Assembly: GCA_965240325.2 (NCBI GenBank)
Contig: OZ251236.1
Coordinates: 1,893,249-1,957,248, forward strand
Source of the DNA: Rebecca billardiae RCC1528
Taxonomy: Eukaryota; Protista; Haptophyta
Length of the DNA stretch: 64,000 bases
Direction of reading: 5' to 3'
The position numbers were made by a program, and so were the translations under genes. The notes under the pieces are model-generated. The model was not told the origin of the DNA, made no database searches, and saw only the letters and a list, made by a program, of their open reading frames with translations. Below, one piece after another: positions 12,801 to 21,212 of the stretch (position 1 is its first letter; each line of letters opens with the position of its first letter).

Positions 12801-15800
12801 GCACGGAGGTGACGATCGGGGGCGCGGGCTTTGACGCGCTGGCCGGCGGCGCGCTGCTGGCCGTGCGCTTCGGCGACGCGCCCGCGCAGCCGCCGGCGCG
12901 CGTCACGGCGGGCGAGGTTGTCGTCTCCACGCGGTACGGCGCCGCGGGCCGCGCGCAGCTCCGCGTGTCGCTCAACGGCCAGCAGTTCACGCCCGCGGCC
13001 GCCGCGACGCCGCCGCCCGCGGGTGCGCTCGCGTTCACGTTCGTCGGCCTGCACGCGCCCGTGCTCGAGGGTGTGGCGTTCAACGGCGCGGCGACGCTGA
13101 TGGTGCTGCGCTTCGACGCGCAGCCGACCGACCGCGCGGGCATGGGCAGCGGCATGGGCGAGTGCTCGCGCGTCCTCGACGACGACACCGTCGCGCTGGT
13201 CGGCGGCGGCGCGGCCGCGGCCGCGGCCGCGCCGCCGCAGTGCTACTGGACGGACGACTCGACGCTCGTCGCGCGGCTGAGCTCGGCGACGCTCGTGCGC
13301 GCCGGCTCGGAGGTGGGCGTGCGCGCGGGCGCGCTGCGCCCCGAGCAGTGCGGCACGCCGTGCGCCGCCGCCCTCGCCTCCGCCGCCGCGCGCGCCGCCA
13401 TCGACGCGGACGCGCCGTGCGGCGAGGGCGTGCCGTGCCCGATGCCTGTCGCAGCCGTGTCGGGCCCGGCGGTGCTCTCGGCGTGCCCGGGCGCGTCGCT
13501 CGCGCTCGACGGCTCCGCCTCGTCGCGCGGCGGCATCGGGCCCGCCGCCTTTGAGTGGCGCGTCGACCCGAGCCGCTCGGCGCGCGCGGCGTCGCTCAAC
13601 GCGCGGCTGAGCGCGCTGCCGGCGCGCACGCCTCAGCTCTCGCTCGGCGGGCCCGGTGCGGCCTCGCCGACCGAGCTCGGAGTGAGCGGCTCGTTCGTGT
13701 TTGTGCTGCGCGTCACGTCCTTCCTCGGCGTGCCCTCCGCGCCCGCCGAGTGGCCCGTGTCGCGCGGCGACGGCGCCAGCCCGATCCTCGCCATCGATGG
13801 CGCGCCCGAGCTGCGCGCGCGCGCCTCCGAGCCCACGCTGCTGAGCGGGCGCGCGGAGCTCGCGCCGTGCTGGCCGCCGAGCTTCGAGCCGGCGATGGTG
13901 TTCAGCTGGGCGCTCGAGGGCGCGGCGCAGGTGGGCGGCGGCGCGAACGCGAGCAGCAGCGCTTCCGCCGGCGAGCTCGCCGCCGCGACGGACGTGCTGC
14001 TCGCGCGCCTCGCGTCCGCGCGCACCGCGGTGCTGCAGCTGCCGCCGCACTCGCTGGCCGCCGGCTGGGCGTACGACCTGGCGCTCACGGCGAGGATGGC
14101 GGCGGCACCCGCGCAGGCGTCGACGGCGCGCGTGCGCGTGCGCGTCGCGCGGCAGCCGCTGCGCGCGGTGATCGCCGGCGGCGACCGCCGCGTGCCGAGC
14201 TCGCTGCGCCTCGCCGTCGACGCCTCCGCGTCATTCGACCCCGATGCGCCGACGGCCGACGGCGGCGACGGCGGCATGCCGCCGCTGTCGTTCGCGTGGA
14301 GCGTGGCGAACGCGAGCTCGCTCGAGCCGGTGGCTCTCGAGCCGTCCGCGGCGAACGCGAGCGGCGCGCTCTTCGAGCTTGCGCCCGGCACGCTGCCGCC
14401 CGGCGTGTACGCGCTCACCGTGCGCGTGTCCGCGCCCGGCCGCGCGCCCGCGGCCGCGTCGGTGACGGTCGAGGCGGTGCCGGGCGCGGTGCCCACGCTC
14501 GGCTTCGAGCCGCTCGGGCGGCGCAAGTGGCCGGCGGTGTTCGACCGGAACCCCGAGCGGCTGACGATCAACGCGCGCCTCGACGCTGCCTCGCGCGCGC
14601 TCGAGGCGGCGGGGCAGGCGCGCTTCAGCTACGAGTGGAGCGCGCGGCGCGTGGGCGCGGCCGGCGCGCTCGAGCCCGCCGGTCTCGACCTCGCGGACAG
14701 CGAGCGGGTGAGCACGACGGGCGCGGCGCTGCGCACGGTCGCGATCCGCAGCGGCGCGCTCGCGCCCGGCGCGACGTACGCGTTCCGCCTCGCCGTGCTC
14801 GGCGGCGCGCAGCCCGCGTACACGGAGGTGCGCGTCACGATCAATCGGCCGCCGTACGGCGGAGGGCTCGAGGTGGCGCCGGCGTCGGGCGTGGCGCTGC
14901 AGACGAGCTTTGCGCTGTACGCGGCGGGGTGGGCGGAGGACGACGAGGAGGACCTGCCGCTGAGCTACGCGTTCTCGCACGCGCCGCTCGGCACCGACGC
15001 CGTCGCCGACGTCGCCGCGCTCGGCGCCGCCTCCGCCTCCGCCTCGGCGAGCGCGCTTCTCCCCGCGGGCAACCGCACGCTCACCGTCAGGGTGGCGGAC
15101 GCGCTCGGCGGCGCGGCGCACGCGCACGCGGCCGTGGCCGTCGCGCCGCCCGGCGAGGGCGCGGGGCTGCTCGACTCGGTGCTCACGCGCGCGTACGCCG
15201 CGGTCGCGACGGGCGCGGCCGAGACCGCCACGCAGCTCGTGAGCGCCCTCGCCGACGCGCTCGACGCGACGCCCGCGGGCGGCGACAACGCCACCGTCGC
15301 CTCGGCCACGCTCGCTCGGCTGCTCGAGCTCACGGCGGGCGCGGCGGAGGCGTCCGCGCCGACGGCCGAGGCGCGCGCGGCGAGCGCGTCCGCGCTCGCC
15401 GCCGTGCTCGAGGCCGCGCCGCCCGGCGCGTTCGACGCCTCCGCGCAGACCGCGGGCCTCGAGCAGGTCGCCGCCCTCGCGTCGCAGTCGGCCGCGTCGG
15501 GCGTCGACGGACCGACCGCGGCCGCGCTGCTGCGCGCGGCGGACGCGGCGCTCTCCGCCGACGCCGACGCCGACGCGCCGCTGAGCGCGGCGGAGGCGGA
15601 GGCGGTGGGCGGAGCGGCGACGAGCGCGGTGGGCGCGCTCGCCATCGCGCTGCTCGCCGGCGCCGTGTCGGGCGAGGCGCCCTTCGAGGCCGTGGGCAAG
15701 GCCATCAACGTGAGCGCGACGCGCGCGGACGCGGGCGCGCTCGGCAACATCACGCTGCCCGGGCCGGGCGGCGCGGGCTCGGTGGGCGTGCCGGCGAGCG

Positions 15801-18800
15801 TGTTCGGCGGCGTGCCGCTCGAGCTGCTCGAGGGCGGCGTTGACGTCGTGCTCTGGTCCTCGGCGCGCAACGTGCACGGCGACCCGTCGACGCAGGCGAA
15901 CGGCACGGCCGTGGCGTCGGGGCTGGTGACGCCCGTCTTCTCCGTCACGCTCTACTCGGCGTCGGCCGGGCTGGCGCTCACCATCTCCGACCTGCCGGAC
16001 GAGGGGCGCGTGCTGATCGAGGTGCCCGGGCTCGACGGCGCGGGCGGCGCGGGCGAGTGGGGCTGCGTGTGGTGGGACGAGGGCGCGAGCGCGTGGCTCG
16101 ACGACGGCTGCGAGACGGTGGTCGCGCGTGCGGACGATGGCTCGCTCGCGCGCTACTGCGCGTGCACGCACCTGACCGACTTTGCGGGCGTGGCCGTGCC
16201 GACGGACGCGGACGCGGCGCGCACCGAGGTGGTCGAGTTCAACATCAACACGCTCTCCCTTGATGACGCCGCTGCAGCCGTCGGCGTCGGCTCCGGCCCC
16301 GTCCTCGCGCGCAACCCGTACATCTTCTGGCTGGTGGTGGCGATGAGTGCCGGCTGCGGACTCAGCGTGGCGCTGTTCGGGGCGCGCGACTTGCGCGACC
16401 ACGCGCGGCGCAAGGAGCGCATCCGGCGGCTGCTCGCGAGCGAGGCCGGGCCCGCCGGCGGGCTGCCGGCCTCGCCGGCCAAGAGATCCTCCCCCTTCCA
16501 GCGCCGCGCGGCCAAGCTCAAGGCGGAGGAGGACGCCCTGTTTGGCGGCTCACCGCGGCAGCCCGCGCCCGCCGACGCGCCCGCCGCCGTCGGCACGCAC
16601 AGCCGGCCCGCCTCCTCCTCCGTCCCGGGGCCGCGCTTGGTGGCGCCGGCGGACGGCGGGGACGCGGGCGGGCGCGCGGTGCGCGCGCCGGCCCCTCTCG
16701 CCTCCATCTCGCCCGAGGGCAGCTTCGCCAAGCGGCAGCCGCCCCAGCTCTCGCCGCGGCGCGGCAGCGACGGCGCCGCTAGCCGCGGCGGCGCGGAGGC
16801 GCTCGGCTTTGCCGACAGGCTCGAGGCGCGGCTCGACGACCTCGACGACCTGGTGGACGAGACGAAGCGGCGCGCGGCGCTCACGATGCAGAAGTACGCG
16901 CGCGGGCGCAAGGCGCGCGCCCGTGTCGACGAGGCCTCGCCCCAGCTCCGCGAGCGCAAGGCGCGCGCCTCGGACCGCACGCGCGACCACTCGCTGACCA
17001 AGCTCGTGCGGCTCGTGGGCGAGAGGCTGAGCACAGACCACTCGCTGCTCGGCATCTGGTTCGCCGACCCGGAGGACGCGAAGCGCGCCGAGCTGGCGCA
17101 GATCTTCTGGAACATCGCGATGCTCGGCCTCGTGATCACGTGCATGCTCTACGACGCGAGCGGCGGGCCTCCGGACGCGTCGGCGGCGCCGAGCGTCTCG
17201 CTGCTGAGCGCGGTGCTCACGGCGCTTCTCACCGCGGCCCTCTCGTTCCCCGCGCTCGCGCTCTTCCGGCTGCTCTTCCGCTGGGGGTACGGCCGGCGCT
17301 CGGCGCCGCTCTCGAAGCGCGTGTTCGCCACGTTCCTCCGCGCCGAGCTCGCGCAGCGCGAGCGCGAGCGCGCGCCCTTCTCCACCGCCGTCAAGACGAG
17401 CGTGCGCACCGGCGCGTACCTGCGGCCCGCGCTGCCGCGCACCAACTCGGACCGGCGCGGCGCCGGCGGCGCGCTGCGCGCCGCCGCGCCCGCCGACCTC
17501 GAGCTCGCGCGCGAGTTCGCGCGGCGCTCGTCGACCGAGGCGGAGCGCTCCTCCACGCCGCCGGGCATGCCCAGGCTCGCGCCGGTCACGCTGCCCGGCA
17601 TGCCCGGCCGCTCGTCGCCGCGCGCCAAGCCGCGCCCGCCGCCGCCGCCGGGCATGACGGTGCGCCGGCCGGGCGGGCCCCGCGCCACCGGCCAGCTGCC
17701 GCCGAGCATGGCAGCGTCGGTGGCGGCGACGTCGGTGGCGACGGCGGCGGCGGCGGGGGCGGCGGAGGGCGAGCGCACCGACGCGCCCGCCGCGGCCACG
17801 GCCGCCAAGCCGGGCAGCACCTTCGCGCCGCGGGCGGTGGCCGTGCCGAGTGCTGACGCGTTCAAGCAGGGGCGAGTCACGCCCGTGCCCACCGCGGGCG
17901 CGCTCGACCCCGGCTCGTTCGGCCGGCACATGAAGTCGGACGGGGACGAGTTTGAGGCGAACGGCGGCTCCAACCACGCGGCGTCCGAGCGCGCCGCCCG
18001 ACGCGCGGTCGCCGCGTCGCTCAGCGTCTCGCTCCGGGGCACGAGCGCGCACGCGGAAGCGGAGCGCGCGGCCGCGGCCGAGCCGCCGTCCCCGCTCGGC
18101 ACCGCCGTGCCCTTCTTCGAGGACGTGGCGTCGCACCGGCACGGCCGCTCGCCGCACCCCGGCTCGCCGCCGCCGAGGCGCGATGACGCGCCGCTCACGC
18201 CCAGCGGCCTCGCGGGTCGGCAACGCCCGCGCTGCTCGCACGCCTCCTCGGCATCGTGCGCCGCCATCTCCGCCGCGTCCACCCCGCGCGCGGGCGCAGC
18301 GGACGGCGAGGAGGCGCGTGCGACCGAGGAGGCGGAGGAGGCGATGCGCACGAGCATGGACGAGGTGCTGCCCACGCCCCCGCCCAGCCCGCCGCCGCCG
18401 GGCGGTCCGGCGTTCTCGTTCAAGACGGGGCAGGTCCCCGCGCCCACCGGCCTGCCGCCCGCCAGCGCGCCCGACGGCGCGCCCGCCGCCGCTGCGGAGG
18501 AGGAGGAGGCGGAGGGCGGCGGTCTGGACGAGCAGACGGTCGCGCTGCTCAAGCTCAAGTTCGACGCGTTCGACGCGGACGACAACGGCTCGGTGGACGG
18601 CACCGAGTTCGGCGCGCTGCTCGAGTCGCTCGGCTTCCGGCTGCGCCCGCGCCGCGTGAAGCAGCTCGCCTCGGAGCTGGACACCAACGGCAACGGGCTG
18701 ATCGGCTTCGACGAGCTGTGCGACTGGTACGAGAAGATGGTCGCGGACGAGGCCGCAAAGGAGGCGCGCCGCGCGGCGGGCTGGCCAGGCCGCGTGCGCC

Positions 18801-19135
18801 GCGCGCTGCGCAGGCTGACGCCGCCGCCACTCGCCAAGCTCGTGCTCGCGTGGCTGTGCATGTGGGCCATCTTCGTCGTGCTCGCGCTGCTCGCGGTCGC
18901 GTACGCGCTCACGTTTGGCGCGCAGCAGACGCGCTGGCTCCTCTTCAGCTGGACGTTCGCCGAGGTGCAGACGCTCGGGCTGGAGGAGCCGGTCATCATC
19001 GCGCTCACCGTGCTCGCGCCCCTCCTCTTCGACCGGCTGCTCTCGCAGGGCGGCGCGACGGGCGAGGCGATCAACGAGCTGCTCGCGACGACCGTCGGGA
19101 CGGCCGTCACCGCGATGCACAACCTCTGCGGCTGA
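3863..19135 (+). CDS. Giant (5090 aa) polycystin-1/PKDREJ-like cell-surface receptor: signal peptide, 2x 185-aa domain, extensin-like Pro-rich stalk, 3 IPT/TIG, REJ, GAIN/GPS, ~5 TM, IQ motif, 2 EF-hands
   Basis: Single open frame from ATG 3863 (MRAAGCVLLAACLLGGRSAHA signal peptide). IPT-like strings (PPGGPVGGGTAVTLVGSGF; SPASGDANGGTEVTIGGAGF). REJ-like strings (LDGSAS, VDASASFDPD, INRPPYGGGLEVAPASGVALQTSF...DLPLSYAF). GPS WGCVWWDE...GC...CACTHLTDFA at ~16058-16190. TM NPYIFWLVVAM. IQ-like MQKYARGRKAR at ~16886. EF loops DADDNGSVDGTE and DTNGNGLIGFDE at ~18572-18720. PKD1-like TM4-5 YALTFG...WLLFS...LEEPVII. Confidence 0.85.
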   Translation: MRAAGCVLLAACLLGGRSAHALNPGDLAIVGVNTVNPDEIAVVALADIPSGTVIYFTDNGWKADSSWRTGEGTHTWTLGSAVSTGTVVTITLSGPLLAAAGDVLYAYTNTEAAPNFLYAISTARDAFDADSTSASTGALPSTLTLGTSAVALGGASASIENAEYVGARSGTADALRAAIGNAASWTTSSSRYAFDSSAFSESTPAALSPGDLAIVGVNTVNPDEIAVVALADIPSGTVIYFTDNGWKADSSWRTGEGTHTWTLGSAVSTGTVVTITLSGPLLAAAGDVLYAYTNTEAAPNFLYAISTARDAFDADSTSASTGALPSTLTLGTSAVALGGASTSIDNAEYAGARSGTADALLAAIGNAASWTTSSSRYAFDSSAFSVSTLPLPPPSPPPPSPPPSPPPSPPPSPPPSPPPSPPPPKPPPSPPPSPPSPPPSPPPSAPPSPPPSPPPGPPPRPPPSPPPTPPPSPPPSPPPSPPPSPPPSPPPSAPPDPSPPKPPPRPPPSPPPSPPPRRPPSPPPSPPPSPPPSPPPSPPPSPPPPSPPPSPPPSPPPFPPPSPPPPSPPPSPPPGPPPSPPPSPPPSPPPSPPPPSPPPSPPPSPPPSPPPSPPPPSPPPSPPPSPPPSPPPSPPPPSPPPSPPPSPPPSPPPSPPPSPPPVPPPSPPPSPPPPSPPPSPPPSPPPSPPPSPPPPSPPPSPPPSPPPSPPPGPPPSPPPSPPPSPPPSPPPPSPPPSPPPSPPPSPPPSPPPPSPPPSPPPSPPPSPPPSPPPPSPPPSPPPSPPPSPPPSPPPSPPPVPPPSPPPSPPPPSPPPSPPPSPPPSPPPSPPPPSPPPSPPPSPPPSPPPGPPPSPPPSPPPSPPPSPPPPSPPPSPPPSPPPSPPPSPPPPSPPPSPPPSPPPSPPPSPPPPSPPPSPPPSPPPSPPPSPPPSPPPVPPPSPPPSPPPPSPPPSPPPSPPPSPPPSPPPPSPPPSPPPSPPPSPPPGPPPSPPPSPPPSPPPSPPPPSPPPSPPPSPPPSPPPSPPPPSPPPSPPPSPPPSPPPSPPPPSPPPSPPPSPPPSPPPSPPPSPPPVPPPSPPPSPPPPSPPPSPPPSPPPSPPPSPPPPSPPPSPPPSPPPSPPPGPPPSPPPSPPPSPPPSPPPPSPPPSPPPSPPPSPPPSPPPPSPPPSPPPSPPPSPPPSPPPPSPPPSPPPSPPPSPPPSPPPSPPPVPPPSPPPSPPPPSPPPSPPPSPPPSPPPSPPPPSPPPSPPPSPPPSPPPGPPPSPPPSPPPSPPPSPPPPSPPPSPPPSPPPSPPPSPPPPSPPPSPPPSPPPSPPPSPPPPSPPPSPPPSPPPSPPPSPPPPSPPPSPPPSPPPLPPPSPPPPSQPPSPPPSPPPSPPPSPPPPSPPPSPPPAPPPSPPPPLPPPSPPPSPPPSPPPSPPPSPPPSPPPSPPPPLPPPNPPPSPPPAPPPSPPPPFPPPSPPPVPPPSPPPSPPPVPPPSPPPSPPPSPPPPSPPPSPPPVSPPSPPPRPPPSPPPSPPPTPPPSPPPSPPPQPPPSPPPSPLPPSPPPSPPPSQPPSPPPSPPPPVPPPVPPPSPPPASPPSPPPSPPPATPPSLPPSPPPPAPPPSPPPRPPPPPPPVPPPPSPPPSPPPPSPPPPTPPPSPPPAAPPAPPPSPPPGMPPAAPPPAPPPSPPPAPPPAAPPPLPPPSLPPQPPPSAPPASPPPSPPPLPPPSPPPPSPPPLLPPPPRSEPFPPPAPPHTPPSPPPSPPPLAPPSPQPQPPPRSPPLPPPRQPPPPPPASPPSPPPTPPPRLPPSSPPLYPPASPPPSPPPSPPPSPPPPSPPPTPPPPPRTDPFPPPSPPSPPPSLPPLPPPPPPPSPPPSSPPASPPQPPPSLPPSSPPPPPPAPPPSQPPSLPPSAPPSTPPVPPPSAPPSTPPSSPPPSPPPALPPPPRTQPFPPPLPPSPPPSPPPPPPPSPPPSPPPSPLPALPPHPPPSAPPSTPPSPPPRSPPPSPPPLPPPPSPPPAPPPPRTDPFPPPSPPSPPPSPPPLPPPPPPPSPLPSSPPESPPQPPPSLPPSSPPPPPPAPPPSQPPSLPPSAPPSTPPAPPPSAPPSTPPSLPPPSPPPAPPPPPRTQPFPPPLPPSPPPSPPPPPPPSPPPSPPPSPPPAPPPHPPPSSPPSTPPSQPPRSPPPSTPPLPPPPSPPPTPPPPPRTDPFPPPSPPSPPPSPPPLPPPPSTPPQRPPPPPPAPPPSLPPSAPPSTPPAPPPSAPPSTPPSLPPPSPPPALPPPPRTQPFPPPLPPSPPPSPPPPPPPSLPPSPPPSPPPAPPPHPPPSSPPSTPPSQPPRSPPPSPPPLPPPPSPPPTPPPPPRTDPFPPPSPPSPPPSPPPLPPPPPPPSPPPSTPPRPPPPPPPAPPPSLPPSAPPSAPPAPPPSAPPSTPPSSPPPSPPPALPPPPRTQPFPPPLPPSPPPSPPPPPTPSPPPSPPPSPPPAPPPHPPPSSPPSTPPSQPPRSPPPSPPPLPPPPSPPPTPPPPPRTDPFPPPSPPSPPPSPPPLPPPPPPPSPPPSTPPRPPPPPPPAPPPSLPPSVPPSAPPASPPSAPPSTPPSSPPPSPPPALPPPPRTQPFPPPSPPSPPPSPPPLPPPSLPPLPPPSPPPAPPPHPPPSAPPSTPPPPPPPAPPPRPPPVPPTPPPPPRTEPFPPPAPPSPPPSSPPSPPPSSPPPPPPSPPPSPPPGPPPHPPPSSPPPLPPPSPPPPPPPAIRVSVLSGSREGAPLGSDDAALELEGAGFDSLAGGEFGEIQCAFTRADGGGDGGGPLLSGATVLSDARLRCAMPAAASSGAPSAAGAYTVGLALGAVGASTDVDVSGLFGPVSFELYDMAAVSVLELRPPGGPVGGGTAVTLVGSGFAEYGEGQLCCVLGGGGCAAAATLLPPSAAAPTLSRARCVLPPPLGGAAGSVALELSLGGGSADSTTASALPFLAYDPPTLGSVSPASGDANGGTEVTIGGAGFDALAGGALLAVRFGDAPAQPPARVTAGEVVVSTRYGAAGRAQLRVSLNGQQFTPAAAATPPPAGALAFTFVGLHAPVLEGVAFNGAATLMVLRFDAQPTDRAGMGSGMGECSRVLDDDTVALVGGGAAAAAAAPPQCYWTDDSTLVARLSSATLVRAGSEVGVRAGALRPEQCGTPCAAALASAAARAAIDADAPCGEGVPCPMPVAAVSGPAVLSACPGASLALDGSASSRGGIGPAAFEWRVDPSRSARAASLNARLSALPARTPQLSLGGPGAASPTELGVSGSFVFVLRVTSFLGVPSAPAEWPVSRGDGASPILAIDGAPELRARASEPTLLSGRAELAPCWPPSFEPAMVFSWALEGAAQVGGGANASSSASAGELAAATDVLLARLASARTAVLQLPPHSLAAGWAYDLALTARMAAAPAQASTARVRVRVARQPLRAVIAGGDRRVPSSLRLAVDASASFDPDAPTADGGDGGMPPLSFAWSVANASSLEPVALEPSAANASGALFELAPGTLPPGVYALTVRVSAPGRAPAAASVTVEAVPGAVPTLGFEPLGRRKWPAVFDRNPERLTINARLDAASRALEAAGQARFSYEWSARRVGAAGALEPAGLDLADSERVSTTGAALRTVAIRSGALAPGATYAFRLAVLGGAQPAYTEVRVTINRPPYGGGLEVAPASGVALQTSFALYAAGWAEDDEEDLPLSYAFSHAPLGTDAVADVAALGAASASASASALLPAGNRTLTVRVADALGGAAHAHAAVAVAPPGEGAGLLDSVLTRAYAAVATGAAETATQLVSALADALDATPAGGDNATVASATLARLLELTAGAAEASAPTAEARAASASALAAVLEAAPPGAFDASAQTAGLEQVAALASQSAASGVDGPTAAALLRAADAALSADADADAPLSAAEAEAVGGAATSAVGALAIALLAGAVSGEAPFEAVGKAINVSATRADAGALGNITLPGPGGAGSVGVPASVFGGVPLELLEGGVDVVLWSSARNVHGDPSTQANGTAVASGLVTPVFSVTLYSASAGLALTISDLPDEGRVLIEVPGLDGAGGAGEWGCVWWDEGASAWLDDGCETVVARADDGSLARYCACTHLTDFAGVAVPTDADAARTEVVEFNINTLSLDDAAAAVGVGSGPVLARNPYIFWLVVAMSAGCGLSVALFGARDLRDHARRKERIRRLLASEAGPAGGLPASPAKRSSPFQRRAAKLKAEEDALFGGSPRQPAPADAPAAVGTHSRPASSSVPGPRLVAPADGGDAGGRAVRAPAPLASISPEGSFAKRQPPQLSPRRGSDGAASRGGAEALGFADRLEARLDDLDDLVDETKRRAALTMQKYARGRKARARVDEASPQLRERKARASDRTRDHSLTKLVRLVGERLSTDHSLLGIWFADPEDAKRAELAQIFWNIAMLGLVITCMLYDASGGPPDASAAPSVSLLSAVLTALLTAALSFPALALFRLLFRWGYGRRSAPLSKRVFATFLRAELAQRERERAPFSTAVKTSVRTGAYLRPALPRTNSDRRGAGGALRAAAPADLELAREFARRSSTEAERSSTPPGMPRLAPVTLPGMPGRSSPRAKPRPPPPPGMTVRRPGGPRATGQLPPSMAASVAATSVATAAAAGAAEGERTDAPAAATAAKPGSTFAPRAVAVPSADAFKQGRVTPVPTAGALDPGSFGRHMKSDGDEFEANGGSNHAASERAARRAVAASLSVSLRGTSAHAEAERAAAAEPPSPLGTAVPFFEDVASHRHGRSPHPGSPPPRRDDAPLTPSGLAGRQRPRCSHASSASCAAISAASTPRAGAADGEEARATEEAEEAMRTSMDEVLPTPPPSPPPPGGPAFSFKTGQVPAPTGLPPASAPDGAPAAAAEEEEAEGGGLDEQTVALLKLKFDAFDADDNGSVDGTEFGALLESLGFRLRPRRVKQLASELDTNGNGLIGFDELCDWYEKMVADEAAKEARRAAGWPGRVRRALRRLTPPPLAKLVLAWLCMWAIFVVLALLAVAYALTFGAQQTRWLLFSWTFAEVQTLGLEEPVIIALTVLAPLLFDRLLSQGGATGEAINELLATTVGTAVTAMHNLCG
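3926..5018 (+). repeat. Near-identical tandem duplication (555-bp period, 185 aa) of the N-terminal extracellular domain
   Basis: LNPGDLAIVGVNTVNPDEIAVVALADIPSGTVIYFTDNGW... starts at 3926 and again at 4481, with only a handful of substitutions. Confidence 0.95.
5030..12079 (+). repeat. Coding Ser-Pro3/Pro4 extensin-like repeat (~2350 aa) with two higher-order repeat blocks
   Basis: GPPP anchors at 5581, 5992, 6403, 6814, 7225 and 7636 give an exact 411-bp period. RTDPF anchors at 9361, 9901, 10444, 10918 and 11413 give a 474-543-bp period. Confidence 0.95.
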
Positions 19136-19199
19136 TCATTGATATATGCTGATGACTGCGCCATAGCCCCCGATGCTGAGGCGTGCTGCCATGACGAGA

Positions 19200-19300
19200 C
19201 AATATGGTTTATTATTTATTACGAAACCTGCAGCTAGCATGTATATATATATATATATGCATATCTAATATCGGCAGTATAGCATATAATAACGTCATCG
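19200..19300 (+). terminator. AT-rich 3'-end/polyadenylation-like region downstream of the giant gene
   Basis: TTTATTATTTATTA and a (TA)n run in an otherwise very GC-rich window. Similar AT-rich patches lie downstream of other gene 3' ends (~20240-20280, ~23810-23920, ~26670-26730, ~33970-34020). Confidence 0.4.
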
Positions 19301-20387
19301 CATCGTCATCACATCCGCCGATCCGGTCCGCCGACGCGACTACTAATACTGCGCGCTGTATGTACTATACCGTATCGCCACGGGCATGCACCGGCGGCGC
19401 ACCGCGACTAGAGCAGTGTCTAGACCGGAGTCCGGAAGCGGGAAGTACTGCAGAGACTGCCTAGTGCCTATATCGGATGGACCAATTTGACAGCACGTCG
19501 TGATGACTCTGCCAGCTGAGACGAGGCAGACTACTGACTAGCGATGCCGATGCTGGCGCCACATATGGCGCATCACTTCATGCATCAGAGCGCATCACGC
19601 CTGGCTAACCGCCTGGCATGCACGCAATACCGTACCGTTGGCAGCACGCGGCAGAATCGGTGCGGCCACTGCCGGCCCCCGGGGACGCGAGGCCCGGCGC
19701 TGGCCGCCAGGGCGGCAGGCCACGGTGGGCTGTGGCTGGCTCGAACATAGTACACCTCGCGATATGCTGCGTTGCCGATGGCGATGGTCGTTGACACCAC
19801 TAGTCGGGCGTTCTTCCACCCATCTCAGGCTCCATCGTGCGCCTGCACACACACGGCCCTCGGATGGGTCCGCCGAGTCCCGGCGGCCGCTCCGCGCGCC
19901 CGGCTTGCGTGCCGAACTCACACGGGTCGACCGCGATCGAGTGCCGGCGGGCACGTGGCAACATGGCCATGCAGAAGTAAAACTCCCTCGATCGCGCACG
20001 GTTTCGAAGAACGGCTTATACAAGGCGATGAGGCGGAGGCGGGCCTGAGTGGGCTTACCTCGTCTGTCAGTACCTGCGCGCCGCACGAACGAACGCCGGC
20101 TGGCGACCGCTCGCGCGCGGCGCCGGCCGTGAACCGCGAAGCAGATCGATTTGCGTCCGGCTCCGCCGGCCCGGGCGGGCGGCCGGACCTCACGTCGCGG
20201 ATTATTACTATTAGTTCCGGCGGCAACGGCCAGCAGCTAAGTACTACTAAACCTAAATATATATATATACATACGTAGTGCACCGTCCCGCGCCACGGTG
20301 TGACACTAGCTACTCGCGAACAGAACCCGCGCGCGCGGTGACCGGCCACCGGGTGACGCGGTCGTCACACTCACACAGTCCGAGTAC

Positions 20388-21180
20388 TCACAGGCCACGC
20401 AGCTGCCTCTCGAGCTCCGTCATGTTGTCGGATCCCCTCCCGCTGCGGTCCGACCCGGCGGGCGCCACGCTGCCCGCATCGGTCGTGCGGTTCTCTGTTT
20501 GCGCGTCGAGGTCGAGCCTGGCCGCCTCGATGTACTCCGCGACGATGCGCGCGAGTCCGGGCGCGTCCTGCGGCAGCGGCTGCAGCAGCGGGTGCGCCAG
20601 CAGCGCCTCCGCGCCTGGCCGCTCCGCGGGCGCCTTGCGCAGGCTGCGCGCGCGCGGCAGCCGGGCGGGCGCGCCGCGCGGCTCAGCGCGCGCGCGCGCG
20701 CGCGCCGCGCGCGCCGGCCCCGCCCCCGCGCCGCGCGCGCGCGTGCCGCGCGCACCACTGCTCGAAGAGGTCGGCCGCGCGCGCGGACAGCGGCCCGCCC
20801 GGCTGCGCGGGCGGCACCAGCGACGACTCGGCCGACGTGAGCTCGTGCAGCAGGTCGTAGTACGAGCGCAGCGCGCCGAGCGGGTGGACGCCGAGGCAGC
20901 CCTCCAGCCCAAGGATCCCGACGGCCCACACGTCCGCAGCGTACGAGTAGTCCTCGCCAGAGATGCGCTCGGGCTGTGCGCGGCGCGGCGCGGCGCGCGA
21001 CGGCCGCGCGCCGCGCGTGGGCCGGGCGCGGGCGCGGGCAGAGCGCGCACCGCCGCGCCGCGCGCGCGCACCGCCATGTAGAGCGCCGTGCCGACGAAGG
21101 AGCGCGCCATGCCGCGCGTGTCGTCGAGCGCCTTCGCCATCCCAAAGTCGGAGAGCTTCACCGTGCCGTCGAAGTCGACG

Positions 21181-21212
<32 letters not shown>

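Noticed and set aside
4990-13188. 2732-aa poly-Gly ORF and the 1003/1321-aa poly-Ala ORFs on the minus strand
   Set aside because: These are antisense shadows of the poly-Pro coding strand, which carries the signal peptide and recognisable domains.
19300-20380. Possible small gene or element between the giant gene and the MAP2K
   Set aside because: No ORF with host-like codon pattern or known motif, and no TIR or TSD was found. Treated as convergent 3' UTR/intergenic sequence.
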